Source: Octopus sinensis (Eukaryota). From it: a DNA stretch of 64,000 bases. A model generated the notes under the pieces. It saw only the letters and a list, made by a program, of their open reading frames with translations. It made no database searches and was not told where the DNA came from. The DNA is taken from positions 26,598,001 to 26,662,000 of the forward strand of contig NC_043010.1 in the NCBI RefSeq assembly GCF_006345805.1. The letters are read 5' to 3'. A program made the position numbers and the translations under genes. Shown piece by piece: positions 26,439 to 39,411 of this stretch (positions within the stretch are counted from its first letter, which is position 1; each line of letters opens with the position of its first letter).

Positions 26439-26457
26439 ACATATATATATATATATA

Positions 26458-26781
26458 GTGAGGGCGCGTGGCTTAGTGGTTAGGGCATTCGGCTCATAAT
26501 CGTAAGGTTGTGAGTTCGATTCCCGGCGACGCGTTGTGTCCTTGAGCAAGACACTTTATTTCACGTTGCTCCAGTCCACTCAGCTGGCAAAAATGAGTTG
26601 TACTTGTATTTCAAAGGGTCAGCCTTGTCACTCTCTGTGTCACGCTGATTATCCCCGAGAACTACGTTAAAGGTACACGTGTCTGTGGAATGCTCAGCCA
26701 TTTGCACGTTAATTTCACGAGCAAGCTGTTCTGTTGATCGTATCAGCTGGGACCCTCGTCGTCGTAACCGGCGGAGTCAAA
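26458..26781 (+). mobile_element. Group D tRNA SINE, relatively intact
   Basis: A-box TGGCTTAGTGG, B-box GTTCGATTCC, CORE-like TGTGTCCTTGAGCAAGACACTTTATTTC. Confidence 0.85.
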
Positions 26782-26831
26782 GGAAGGATATATATATATA
26801 TGCATGCATATATATATATTTATAGATGTGT

Positions 26832-26863
<32 letters not shown>

Positions 26864-26941
26864 TCATACATACATACATACATACATACATACATGTATA
26901 TATACTCAGACACATATGTATTTATATATGTGTGTGTGTGT

Positions 26942-26973
<32 letters not shown>

Positions 26974-27489
26974 TTCAAGACAATCCTAACTAGAAATGGT
27001 GTTATTGTATATTGCTTTAGCAAAGTGATTGTTTAGAATTCCAAGGGAATTTTTGGAGCAGCTGCTTATCACATACTCGTTCACTCTTCTGCTTGTTTCA
27101 GTCATTTGACTGTGGCCATGCTGGAGCACTGCTTTGTAGAGTTAGTCAGATGAATCGCCTGTCCCTCAATCCTGATACTTTTAATCTGGTACTTATTTAC
27201 ATCTGTCTCCTTTGCTGAACTGATAGGTCACGGGGATGTAAATGAACAAATACTGGTTGGCAAGCAATGGGTGTGGAGATACTGACACAAACACAAAGAT
27301 GCACAAGCACACACATAATCACATGCACACACACACACATACGCACACACATATAAGCACAAGTAAATTATGGATGTGCAGTTGAGAAGCCTGCTTCTGA
27401 AGCACATGGTTTTGGGTTCAGTTCCACAGCGCACCCCTTTGGGTACGTGTCTACTTCTGTAGCTCTGGGCTGAGCATATCCTTTCCTTC

Positions 27490-27700
27490 TATTATAGGCA
27501 CAAGGCCTGAAATTTTGGCGAAGGGGGCCAGTCGATTAGATTGACCCCAGTACACAGCTGGTATTTAATTTATTGACCCCAAAAGGATGAATGGCTAAGT
27601 TGACTTTGGCCGGATTTGAACTCAGAACGTACAGACAAACTAAATGCCGCTAAGCATTTTCCCCACCATCCTAACGATTCTGCCAGCTGGCCACCTTGTG
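27490..27700 (-). mobile_element. Group C SINE
   Basis: Reverse complement of the group C head and body. Confidence 0.75.
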
Positions 27701-28027
27701 ATGGGAGGAGGGGATCTGGTGAACAGAAACAAAAAGAAACTCACTGTGTGTGTGTGGGGGGGGTAACAAGTACTAATGCTGGTACCTTGTAAAAAAGTAC
27801 CCAGTGCTCTCTATAAAGTTAGGAAAGGCATCCAGCCATAGAACCATTACAAAACAGGTTACTGGAGCTAGGTGCAACCCCCTGGCTTGCCAACACCTGT
27901 CAATCTGTCCAACCCAAGCCAGAATGGAAAATGGATGTTGAAAAATGATGATAATGATGATATATTTTGTTTTGGGATTTGGTTTGCAAGATTCTTTATG
28001 TGAGTTTGTATGTTGAAGCATATTCTG

Positions 28028-28165
28028 TTGTGTCTGGGGAGAGTCATTTTCTTTTTGTGCCTTATAATGTAACACACTCACCGGTAAAATTTCCAATTAT
28101 TCCTTATTTTTATTTTCCTAAAATTTTCGTTGTGTCTTGCAACCTTTTCAATAGTCTTGACTCTG
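28028..28165 (-). mobile_element. Penelope-like remnant with a variant hammerhead-like motif (28118-28154)
   Basis: cta-TTGAAAA-g-gttgc/acaac-GAAA-ATT-T-tag on the - strand; same family partially at 47287-47335. Confidence 0.45.
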
Positions 28166-28569
28166 TCCGTTATTTACATTGCGTTCCCTTTTTGTTTGTT
28201 TGTGTGCATCTGTATGTATATATTCATGTGCTTTCGTGTCCATGTGTTTTTATGTATGTATGTGTGTGTGTGTGTGTGTTTATATATGTATGCATCCCTG
28301 TCTCCTTGTGTATGCATGTCTGAGTGTGTGTGTGTGGGTGAGTGGATGTAGGTATGTATGTGTATATGCACTTATATGCGAGCATATGGATATGGAAATA
28401 ACCAAAGCAACATACAGACGGATAGGTACATAGGTTATATGAACAGACAGAGGTTCATACATATATAAACACACACACACATACATAAAAAACACACAAA
28501 CATGAGCATGCAAGCACATGAATATACAGATGCACACACATACATACATACACATATATATATATATAT

Positions 28570-28897
28570 ATATTATTAGTGAATTGAAGAAATGGAGTTG
28601 AACGAAGATTGAACAGAAATCGTTTTATTGCATTCTACACGTGTTTCGAAAGCCACAAACTCTTGGTTTGGCCATGGGCTCTTAGGAGCCTCGTTCGATT
28701 TGTTTTGCTGCGCCTCTGTTCTGTTTTTGTTTTTGCCAATGGATTTCCTATTTCTTCCTGAAGAGAAAGACACAATATGGTCTCCTTATTCAATCGGAAT
28801 TTGGTAAATTGTGGCTTTCGAAACACGTGTAGAATGCAATAAAACAATTTCTGTTCAATCTTCGTTCAACTCCATTTCTTCAATTCACTAATAATAT
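28570..28897. mobile_element. Foldback Penelope-like element
   Basis: About 89-bp near-perfect inverted arms 28570-28658 and 28809-28897; full hammerhead on the + strand. Confidence 0.8.
28755..28834 (+). ncRNA. Minimal type-I hammerhead ribozyme motif
   Basis: ttc-CTGAAGA-gaaagacacaat..attgtggctttc-GAAA-CACGTGT-A-gaa; 12-bp stem II with one mismatch; palindromic stem III ACACGTGT; GUA site. Confidence 0.75.
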
Positions 28898-29058
28898 TAA
28901 AATTCAATTATCCGCACCAACGCATGGTTGCAACACCATATGGTTGTACCTCCAACCGTGCTGTCTTCTGCTGTGATTTTTGCTACCAAGAAATCGGTTA
29001 AACTTTTGATTAATCTGCAACAAGATTATTCATCTTTCTATTTCACAAAATATATATA

Positions 29059-29107
<49 letters not shown>

Positions 29108-29469
29108 TACACACACATACATACACACACATGCATACTTACATACATACATACATGCATGCATAAGCACACACACACACATTGAAAGGTTTCTACAGAT
29201 GGATGCCCTTCCTAACACCAACCACTCTGAGAGTGTAGTGGGTGCTTTTTACGTGCAACTGGTACGGGAGCTAGTCAGGTGGCACTGGCAATGACCATGC
29301 TTTTTACATATATATATATATGCAAATAAATGTGTGTATATATATATATATATGTATGTATTTGTATTTATACATTTATAAATGTATATGTATGTGTGTT
29401 ATCTATGTGTATGCATATGTACATATATACATAATAAAAGCTCGAAATAATAATAATGAAAATAATAAT

Positions 29470-29660
29470 CCTTTCTACTATAAGCAACAGGCCTGAAATT
29501 TGGTGGGGAGAGGACTAGTTGATTACATTGACCTCAGTACTCCGCTGGAACTTAATTTATTGACTCCAAAAGGATGAAAGGCAAAGTTGACCTTGGTGGA
29601 ATTTGAACACAGAACATACAGACAGACAAAATACTGCTAAGCGTTTTGCCTGGTAATGTT
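29470..29660 (-). mobile_element. Group C SINE
   Basis: Reverse complement of the group C body and head. Confidence 0.75.
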
Positions 29661-29929
29661 TCTATCAGTTCGCCACCTTAAATAATAATGATGATGATGA
29701 TGATGATGACGACGATGACGTCCAGCACTGTGAGGCATCACACACATCCTACATGAAGCACTTTCAATACAGTGAAAAATAGGGGTACCACAACAAACCA
29801 CAGCACACACCCAAAGCAGACAGAGCTGTGCTTGGTAGTGAAAACCTGTGATAAAAATAAGTCTACTGGATAATAATAGTAATGATGATAATAATAATAA
29901 TGATAATAATAATAATAATATACCAGTCG

Positions 29930-30397
29930 TACTTACAGTTTCAATATCAATAACTGGTCAATTACTGAAATATGTAATCTTGACAGAAAAATACGAAAAC
30001 TGTTGACAATGCATAGAATGCACCTCCCTAAGGCAGATATAGAACGACTTTATCTACCAAGAAAAGAGGGAGGCCGTGGACTTTTACAACTGGCAATAAC
30101 AATGAAGATTGCTACAATTGGCCTAGACAACTACCTGAAAAACTCTGAGGACTGGATGTTAAAAGTTCTCTCAAAACATGAAAACAAGAAAGCATTATAC
30201 TCAGTAACAAAACAGGCAAAGGAATATATAAGTGAATTAGACATACAAGACATTCACTAGTACAACATTAAATACAAAACCAAATATATGGCACACTAGG
30301 CATAACAACATCACGAACTTCCGATCTGTTGTCTCTTGAGGTCTCTGGGTGAGACTTGGAGCCAACCTGTACAAATATAAAGCAAAAGTCAAACATA
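29930..30397 (+). mobile_element. R4/Dong-like (RLE) non-LTR retrotransposon fragment, internally deleted, in (TAA)n
   Basis: LDRKIRKLLTMHRMHLPKADIERLYLPRKEGGRGLLQL fused to a 3' UTR ending AAAGTCAAACATA(TAA)n. Confidence 0.85.
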
Positions 30398-30435
<38 letters not shown>

Positions 30436-30436
<1 letters not shown>

Positions 30437-31368
30437 CAAGAAAAACTTCTCTATGGCAATTACCCAAAGAGAGCAAATAATGCCAATGTTGACAAAGCCC
30501 TTACCCATCAATGGTTAATGGCCTCTGGCTTAAAATCTGAAACAGAAGGGTTTATCATAGTAGCCCAAGATCAATGCCTACTTACAAGGAACTACCAGGT
30601 CAACATATTAAAGAATGGCAGTAGCCCAACATGTCATATATGTCATGTTGTCTCCAAGTGCAGTCTTCTAGTGCTTACAGAATATCTCAACAAGCATGAT
30701 AGAGCTGCACAATATATTCACTGGGTAATCTGCAAGAACCTGGATTTGCCCCATGAAAAAAACTGGTGGGAACACAAACCACCTCAGTGCTTGAAAATGG
30801 CAACATCTCACTCCTCTGGAACTTCACCATTCAAACTGACAGAAAGATAGATGCAGATAGGACAGACATCATATTGAAAGACTTCAGACAAAAAACATGC
30901 CTCTTCATTGATATGACTGTCCCAATCGATATAAACGTATCTGTCAAGACCTACCAAAACCTGAGCAAGTATAAAGATCTTGAAATAGAAATTGGCAAAT
31001 GGTGGAACCTGAAAACTAAAACTATACCTGTTGTTATAGGTGCCCTAGGAATGATAGCAAAAGGGGCTGATGCTACCTAACTCTGATACCAGGAAACCCC
31101 TAAATGGCAGAAATTCAAAAGATAGTGCTCGTGGGAACTGTCCATATCCTCTGCAAAATACTTTCTATGTAACCTCAAATTTTAAAACAAACTTATGATT
31201 TTCTTATGTTTTCTTAAATATTTTCTAGAACAATTCTATGTACAAAACCAAATTTATGGCACCCTGGGCATAACACCAACATGAACTTCCAAATTGTTGT
31301 CTCTTGAGGTCTCTGGGTGAGACTTGGAGAGCCAACTTGTACAAATGTAAAGCTAAAGTCAAACATAT
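30436..31368 (+). mobile_element. R4/Dong-like LINE 3' fragment with restriction-like endonuclease domain
   Basis: SETEGFIIVAQDQ, decayed CCHC knuckle, HDRAAQYIH, RKIDADRTDIILKD...IDMTVP...KYKDL; same 3' UTR and (TAA)n tail. Confidence 0.9.
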
Positions 31369-31384
31369 AATAATAATAATAATA

Positions 31385-31422
<38 letters not shown>

Positions 31423-31743
31423 GTAATGATTTCATTTATTTGCCACAAGGGCGAAGGATGAGGTGGACTATTAATAATGATGATGATAGTAGCAAGAGAG
31501 ACTGACTGAAAGCCAGGTCTCATGTTTTGTATGTGCAAAATAGTTTGTTGTTTGCATCAGTCTAATAAATAGTACATAGTAAGTTAATTAACTCTCATGG
31601 ATCATCTCAAACTTCAGCCGTCTGCTGGTGTTTAGTTTGAGAAACGTATTGATTTGTTGAAACAAACAAGGTCAAGTGATGTAGCTGTGATGTAGTAACA
31701 TTGATTTAGTGAAAACTTATTGTTTTATAAATATCTGTCTCTG

Positions 31744-32068
31744 TGAAGGCATGTGACTTAGTGGTTAGAGTGTTTGGCTCATGATCGTAAGGTTATGAGT
31801 TCAGTTCCTGGTGGTGTGGTGTGTCCTTGAGCAAGACACTTTGTTTCACGTTGCTGCAGACCCCTTCAGCTGGCAAAAATGTGTGGTGCCTGTAATTCAA
31901 AGGGCCAGCCTTGTCACATTTCATATCATGGCTAATCTCCCTGAGAACAACGTTAAGGATATGTGTGTCTGTGGAGTACTCAGCCACTTGCATGTTAATT
32001 TTATGAGAAGGCTTTTCCATTTATTGGATCAACTGGGATTCTTGTTGTTGTAACCAACTGTGCCAGTA
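31744..32068 (+). mobile_element. Group D tRNA SINE
   Basis: Colinear with 26458-26781. Confidence 0.8.
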
Positions 32069-32691
32069 CAGTTTATTTGTTTCTTTCGGACCAGGGATGT
32101 AAGATAAAGTTAATCCCAGAGGGATCTGAATGAAAAGAATACATCATCATCATCATCATTATCACCATCACCATCATCATCATCATCATCATCATTTAAT
32201 GTCCATTGTCCATGCTGGTATGAGTCAGACATTTTGACTGGACTGGCACACTGGAAGACTGTGCCAGGATCCAGTTTGATTTGGCATGGTTTTCTACAGC
32301 TGGATGCTCTTAAAACACATACGCTATGATGGCAGAAAATGCTGGAATGGTCTGTTGGAAAATTCTGACATGGAGTTAAGCAATAACCACAGAATGATGT
32401 GGGGATAAAATTTTATTGCAATTCTTTTCATTTGCTCAAATAAACAGACAGAATAAATCTAAAATGTCTTGATTGGTATTTATGTAAACAGCCAAAATGT
32501 TACAAAATGTCTTCAGAGACCAACTTTTTTACTTTTCTAAATGTTTTCGGCTTTTCTCAATAATTTTGAAGAATTTTAAGGAAAGATTTATTGTTGCAGA
32601 AAAGCATGGAGTCATGCATGTATTTGTTTTGTTTCTGCATTAATCAAGAGTGGAAAGACAAGAATAGTTAAGGTAGGAAGGAGAGGCTCAA

Positions 32692-33154
32692 CCCATTACT
32701 TTTTGCAGGGTCATGCAGCCGACTGCGTGTTTCAAATGAACAAACTGCTTTTGATCTTCATAAAATTTTTTAAAAAAATTATTCCATTGCATCTACGCCT
32801 GCCTCCATACTTGCCTTCTACTGCCAATAATTTAATTCCTCCCCCAGCGACTTTTTTTTGAGAAAACATTTCATTTTCAGGCAAATTTGTTTTATCAGAC
32901 GAGCTTGCACTCTCGTCTGATATGTTTAAATTTCTAATAAAAGGTTCATACTCATTGTGAACTTCTGAGCTCAACATCTGGGCGGAATTTGTAAAAAAAA
33001 AAACAAAAAAAAACCTGAGAAATGCTAAGAATTGATGTATAAGGTCGTCTGTGGCTGTTTTTGAACTATATTGTTTTGGACAAGTTTACTTGTTGCACTC
33101 TGAAAAAGACAAATTAGGTGAAGACAAGTTAACTCGTCTTTGCAGGGTAAAGGG
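32692..33154 (-). mobile_element. Possible decayed piggyBac-like deletion derivative
   Basis: Ends CCC[A/T]TTAC flanked by TCAA and TTAG (degenerate TTAA); acidic Ser-rich ORF start (SSEVHNEYEPF...SDESASSSD) resembling piggyBac N-termini. Confidence 0.35.
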
Positions 33155-33264
33155 TTAGAATGGCAAGACTGAGAAAGTTGAGGAAAGAGGTAAGAAGAAA
33201 GAGGGATGAAATGAGGAAGGAAAGTGTGTGGTATCGAGTGTGAGGTGAAAGGGGAAAGATGAGG

Positions 33265-34160
33265 TAAGAAGGGGTGTGAAAGGTTATTGAATTAAGTTGA
33301 GGTGGAGGACTAGAAGGACAAAATGTTCATTTAAACTTATTGGTAATATGATGGCAAGTTTAAATCTGAAACATTGTTCTCTCTGATTTCTTGAGCATGT
33401 GGGTCTGTGGTGTATGGAGATGCCAGCCACTGGTGATTGAGCAATGGAATGGCCTGTTGTATTGAAGTGGGTGGTGACGGCTTTGCCTGGCAGACACATT
33501 TGTATGCTTTGAATGTTTCTCCTAAAAGCATTTGGCAAGGCATCAACCTGTTTTCCCAATATGGAGAGTGCTGTAAAGTTAGCAAATGATACATTACATA
33601 AGGCTGGGTGATGTGCAGTGGGACATTGTGACTTAGGCCAGGCGAGGGTTGTAGTGTTGTTAATATAAGGGCAGTTGTTGCATCATTGGAAAATGGGTTT
33701 AAAAGTGTCTGGCTGTGTGGGGCTGAGCACTATGGAGCTTCTTATTAGGAGGTTTCTGAGGTTCTTATCTATTTTGAAGGTGAGGAGGGAGAGGTGCAAG
33801 GAAGATTAGAATGGTTGTGGGGTCAGAAAGTAGAATTCAAAAGTTGCAGATGAGTTTATCTTTCAATAGGTGGATGGTGAGAGAGAGAGAAAGTGAGTGA
33901 GATAAGTCTGTATAAAAAGGACTGGAGACCTGTAGGGGCCGCCAAGTAGTCAGAGTTGATGGTTTATTTGAGACATCTCCAGACATAAACTTGCCTGAAG
34001 TAGAGAAAAAGGGTGAATGATGATTCATCAAAGAAGATGGCATTGTTTCGTTGAACCATGGACCTCTTCTGATAGTCTAGACACCATTTTTTCACACAAA
34101 ATCATGGGGGACAGGAGAGGATTAGCAATTGAAGCCCTCTCATGATATCCAGCTTTATGG
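33265..34160 (-). mobile_element. Penelope-like element remnant (RT-thumb/linker plus GIY-YIG C-terminus)
   Basis: AVTTHFNTTGHSI...RNQREQCFRFKLAIILPISLNEHF matches the PLE endonuclease C-terminal pattern; heavily frameshifted upstream. Confidence 0.7.
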
Positions 34161-34199
34161 GAATGGTTTGGGTTGAAACAGGATTGGCAAATTGGTGTT

Positions 34200-34470
34200 G
34201 CCCCCTTTTGCTGTCATAGTTTGATGATTTTTAAAACATAGCATTTCACCATTTTGTGGTTCCTTTCTGTGAATTTTGTCTTCCATCCTGACTTATGACT
34301 GCCAGAGTTAGTTTTACTTTGGTTTTGGAATACCAACACAATTTTAGAGACTGTACTTTTTGAAACATTAAACAATTCAGGTGTTTTAGTGACCGAAACT
34401 CTAGGCTCTCTGCACTCCAGGGATTTGACCTCTTTCAAAACCAGATAGGTCACGCATTTTAACTTATTTG
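34200..34470 (-). pseudogene. Tc1-like transposase N-terminal (HTH) fragment
   Basis: VSVTKTPELFNVSKSTVSKIV...GKT-like...KSGWKTKFTERN matches Tc1 paired-like HTH pattern. Confidence 0.65.
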
Positions 34471-34712
34471 AATATAGATATCACTCCCTCTCCACCCCAC
34501 CAAAAAAAAAAAAAAAAAAATGAAGAGGAAAAACAGAGGACTTTATCATAAAGTACGAGGCATACAATGCATATGACCACATATCTACAGACAAGAACAA
34601 GTTTAAATTTGTCACATTGTCAATAGAATAAATTAGTTAAAATAGTGTGTTTGTATTATTTTGTCCAATTCCTGTATGTATGAATGTATTTATGTGTGTA
34701 TGTATATATATA

Positions 34713-34743
<31 letters not shown>

Positions 34744-35002
34744 CACTAGCAGCTAAGCCCGGTTTCACTCAGTCGGTTTGGATGACGTTGGTGTAAAACC
34801 TGCTCTGTGTAAGCATTCAACTTGTTTGGGCACGCTTACATTAAAAACAATATTAGAACAATTTTTTTCAGTCAAAACGCTAAAAATGACCGACCAAAAC
34901 AGAAACAAAAACGAACCAAGATTCAACCAAATCAAAAAAATAAATCCAAATACTAAGCGAACAAAGATGAACCACCCCACTTCCATTGTGCATGCACAGG
35001 CA

Positions 35003-35036
<34 letters not shown>

Positions 35037-35376
35037 TACACACACATTCACATATCTCCCTTTTACATACACACACATATATTCACACAGAGTTGAAAAG
35101 CTGTTTGATTTATTATTTTTTTGGCCTACAATTTTCATCCCACTACCAAGTATGATATCACCCCTTCCTTTCTCATTCATAAACATGAGAGTATTATTAT
35201 AGTAGATTATCTCGGTAACCATGGGAGCTATGAAAAAAATAGAAAGCCCAGCATCACCACTGGATCATTCTACACATCTGTGTAATTTTTTGCCCAATTC
35301 CACCCAGCCATTTGACTGTGAATCTCAAGACAAGAAATTTATATATATGACAAATTTATATGTATAGATATATTAT

Positions 35377-35700
35377 AAGCTTGCTTCCCAACCACATGGT
35401 TGGTAAGTGTCTTTTAGTAAGCCTTGAACTGATCAAAGCTTTGTGAGTGGATTTGTTAGATTGAGACTGTAAGAAGCCTATCATGTATGTGTGTGTGAGT
35501 GTGTATGTGTGTGTCTTTGTGTCTGTCACTTGACAACTGGTGTTGGTGTGTTTACATCCCTATAACTTAGCAGTCAGCAAAAATGACCAATAGAATGAAT
35601 GAGTACCAAGCTTTAAAATGAAAACAAGCACTGGGGTCGATTCAGTCAATGAAAAGTTCTTCAAGGCATGGCCGCATTCCAATGACTGAAACAAGTAAAA
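35377..35700 (+). mobile_element. Group A SINE, diverged
   Basis: Partial head plus tail. Confidence 0.7.
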
Positions 35701-35702
35701 GA

Positions 35703-35870
35703 TAACGTCCGTTGTCCATGCTAGCATGGGTTGGATAGTTTGACCAGGCTGGCATGCTGGAAGGCTGCACCAGACTCCAGTCTGATTTGGCATGGTTTTC
35801 TACAGCTGGATACCCTTCCTAACACCAACCACTCTGAGAGTGTAATGGGTGCTTTTATGTGTCACCGGAT
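35703..35870 (-). mobile_element. RTE 3'-UTR fragment
   Basis: CCATGCTAGCATGGGTTGG...CTACAGCTGGATACCCTTCCTAACACCAACC. Confidence 0.8.
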
Positions 35871-37051
35871 GTTTTTCATTTTGACCGTGATTGATAGTTT
35901 GCCTGAGGCCAAAGGGGTTCCTCACCATGGCTTTTAGATTCTCAGTTGAAAATTTGTTGGGTTCAACTTTGTCCTTCATCACCCCAATGTTCTTGTTATT
36001 GTTGTTATTTGTAATTTGCTCTGTTCAGATCAACTCTGAGTCTACAGGTCTGTGTTGAAAGGCATTCCATCCATGACCATCTCATCTCATTTTCCTTTGT
36101 GCATCTAGGACTACATTATCTGACATAACCTTCATTTTTAAAGATGGTAGACTGCAACTTGATGAGACATTTAGCTACTATTTCTGGCAAAGCAAGAGAC
36201 TACGAAGAGGTTCCTTCAGTCATCATCATCATCATCTTGATCGTCTCATCTCCTTTTTCATCATGTATCTAGGACCACATTATCCAATGTGACCTTCAGT
36301 CTTACAGAGGGTAGAATGTGACTTGATGGAAATATTTAGTTGCTATTTCTAGCATAGCAAAAGACTATGTAGAGGCTCTCTGTGTCACTATCAATATCTT
36401 CTTCATTGCCATCATTTTGAAGGTCCTGGTAGGACTGTCTCTGATCACAGGTCTGCATGATCAAGGTGGCCTTAGACTAAGCAGCATCAACCTAAGGCAA
36501 TGATAGAATTAGTGACGTTGGCATGTTGGTGATGATGATGATGATGATGATGATGATGGTAATGATGATGATGTGGAGGAGAAGGAAGAGGAGGAGGACA
36601 TGAAGTAGATCTCAAAAAATTTTTTAAATGTCAAGTTGAGATTTCTTATCAGACAATAGAAATTAGTCATTGTCTCATGGTGGTGGTGCCGGCACTAGTA
36701 GTGGTGATGTTGGTGGAAATAGTGGTGATGATGATGATGATGATGATGGTAGTGGTTATGGTGGTGGCCATGTTGGTGTTGGTGGTGGGTGTGGTTGATG
36801 GTGGTGATAGTAATGGTGATGGTATTGGTTATGCTGGTAGTGTTGGTGGTGAGTGTGGTGATGATGGGGGATTATGGTGGCTCCAGTGGTAATAGTGGTG
36901 GCCAGCTAGCCAAATAAACAGAATATTTTATTAAGAAATTCAGCATTTAAATAAGTTTTATATTCCGAATGCTGACAGCCATGTGGGACACTTGATGTTA
37001 TTGTCTGTGGTTTTTTATAAAGGACAAACTACTTACTCAAGATAAGAAGAG

Positions 37052-37089
<38 letters not shown>

Positions 37090-37110
37090 AACTACCACCA
37101 CCACCACCAT

Positions 37111-37148
<38 letters not shown>

Positions 37149-37576
37149 GTTCTGCCCCTCCTTTTCTTCCCTCTTTCTTCTCCTCCTCTTCCTCATGATA
37201 GAGACAAGGTGGCAGAGGTAATTTTTGAACACTAAGAAAAAAAGCCACCCTTGTTGCTGTTGTTGTTGCTGTTGTCGGTGGTGGTAGGGGGGAGGGGCGG
37301 TTTAGTAAGTTAGGTAAATGGCAGAGTGACTTTCAAGAGAGCAAAATAGATAAATAAATAAAAAAAAAATGAGGAAGCCCTCTACCCCCATCCATCACCT
37401 TTCACCCCTACTGTCTGGATTCTTTCTTGGTTGGAGATGTTTGTTGTTGTTGTTGTTGTTGGTTTGTCCTTTCTGTCAATGTTCTTGTTGTCCTTGTGGG
37501 TCGGCATTGTTGTTGTTCAAGGCCTTGTTTACTCTTATGTTCAATGGGGTTCAAATCTCCAATGACACTTCTTTTC

Positions 37577-37806
37577 TGTTTTACTCTTTTACTTGTTACA
37601 GTCATTTGACTGTGGCCATGCTGGAGCACCGCCTTTTTTAGTTCAGCAAATCGACCCTCAGGACTTATTCTTTGTAAGCCTAGTACTTATTCTATCGGTC
37701 TCTTTTGGCGAACCGCTAAGTTACAGGGACGTAAACACACCAGCATCGGTTGTCAGGCGATGTTGAGGGGACAAACACAGACACACAAACATACCCACAC
37801 ACACAA

Positions 37807-37849
<43 letters not shown>

Positions 37850-38020
37850 TATATACGATGGGCTTCTTTCAGTTTCCATCCACCAAATCCACTCACAAGG
37901 CTTTGGTCGGCCCGAAGCTATAGTAGAAGACACTTGCCCAAGGTGCCACGCAGTGGGACTGAACCTGGAACCATGTGGTTGGTAAGGAAGCTACTTACCA
38001 CACAGCCACTCCTACGCCTA
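37577..38020 (-). mobile_element. Group A SINE, full length, well preserved
   Basis: Complete head, microsatellite and tail. Confidence 0.92.
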
Positions 38021-38147
38021 AATATTTTTCTTTTTTACTGTATTTTTAATTATAACATATCAACAACTACATTATCCAATGATCTCTGTGTATGCATTTA
38101 TGCACCTAGTGCCTCCTATATTAATATCTGGCAATATATTCAAGCAT

Positions 38148-38690
38148 GAAGGAGGTGAGCTAGCAGAAACGTTAGCATGCCATGCTTAGCGGTATTTTGT
38201 CTGTCTTTACATTCTGAGTTCAAATGCCACCAAGGTTGACTTTGTCTTTCATTCTTTCGGGGTCGATAAATTAAGTACCAGTTACGCACTGGAGTCGATG
38301 TAATCGACTTAATCCCTTTGTCTGTCCTTGTCTGTCCCCTCTATGTTTAGCCCCTTGTGGTCAACGAAGAAATAAGAAACGTTAGCATGCCAGGCAAAAT
38401 GCTTAGCGGTATTTCATCTGTCCTTATGTTCTGAGTTCAAATTCCGCTGAGGTCGACTTTGCCTTTCATCCTTTCGGGGTTGATAAATTGAGTACCAGTT
38501 GCATACTGGAGTCGATCTAATCAACTGGCCCCCTCTTTATGTTTTGAGTTCAAATTTCACTGAAGTCATCTTTGTCTGCCACCCTTTTCATGTCAATAAA
38601 ATAAGTACCAGTTATACACTGAGGAGCTGGGGTCAATCTAGCCGAATCACCCACCAATCCCAAAATTGCTGGCCTTGTGCCAAAATTTGA
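38148..38690 (+). mobile_element. Head-to-tail cluster of three group C SINE segments
   Basis: GAGTTCAAAT..TTTCATCCTTT..GATAAA..AGTACCAGTT recurs three times. Confidence 0.8.
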
Positions 38691-39411
38691 AGCATTATTC
38701 ACTAGTAATAGTGAGAGGCTGAACCTACCCAGAATAGAAGGAACCAGAGAATTGTGAAACGCAGAAGACAGCATTAGTTTTTGTAATTTCATACCTTTAA
38801 ATAATGACCAGGTGAGAAAGGATCTTCAGATCTTGGGCCTCACAGAGGGGTGACAGAGGGACCAAGATTCCTGGCGGTTTGCCTGAAAAAAAAACTACAC
38901 TGAATGTAACGAACAAAGAATATTATCTGCAGTTAGAAATCTCCAAAGAATTACTGAAATGGTTGGAGAGTTCAAGAACAGAAAGAAGAATAATAGGACA
39001 AATAGCTAGAAAGAGAAGAAATTCTAATATCATTTCATGCAGCAATCTGAATATGTTGGAAGTGAAGAATGCTGATAACTAGATTATGAGTTCAATTCTC
39101 AGACTGGATGGCATGTTGAACTCTTGTGCAAAACACTTCATTTTACATTGCTCCAGTCTCTCTTTCAATCAGGGGAGAATGTTGGCCTGCCTAACCAAAG
39201 TGCATCGTGACCAATGATGTGTAACAACTTCTGATTGTCTGTTTGGTCATGTGATCACATGATATATTTCATAATTGAAGAGGATATTGGAAGTGAAGAA
39301 TGTTGTTGATGGATGAAAACCTGAAATGAAAAGGTTTAAAGCAAGGAAATTTGTATCATTGAACAAGGGGAAGTCGCAGTGGATTTGTATCAAAGGGGGT
39401 TAAGCCTTATT

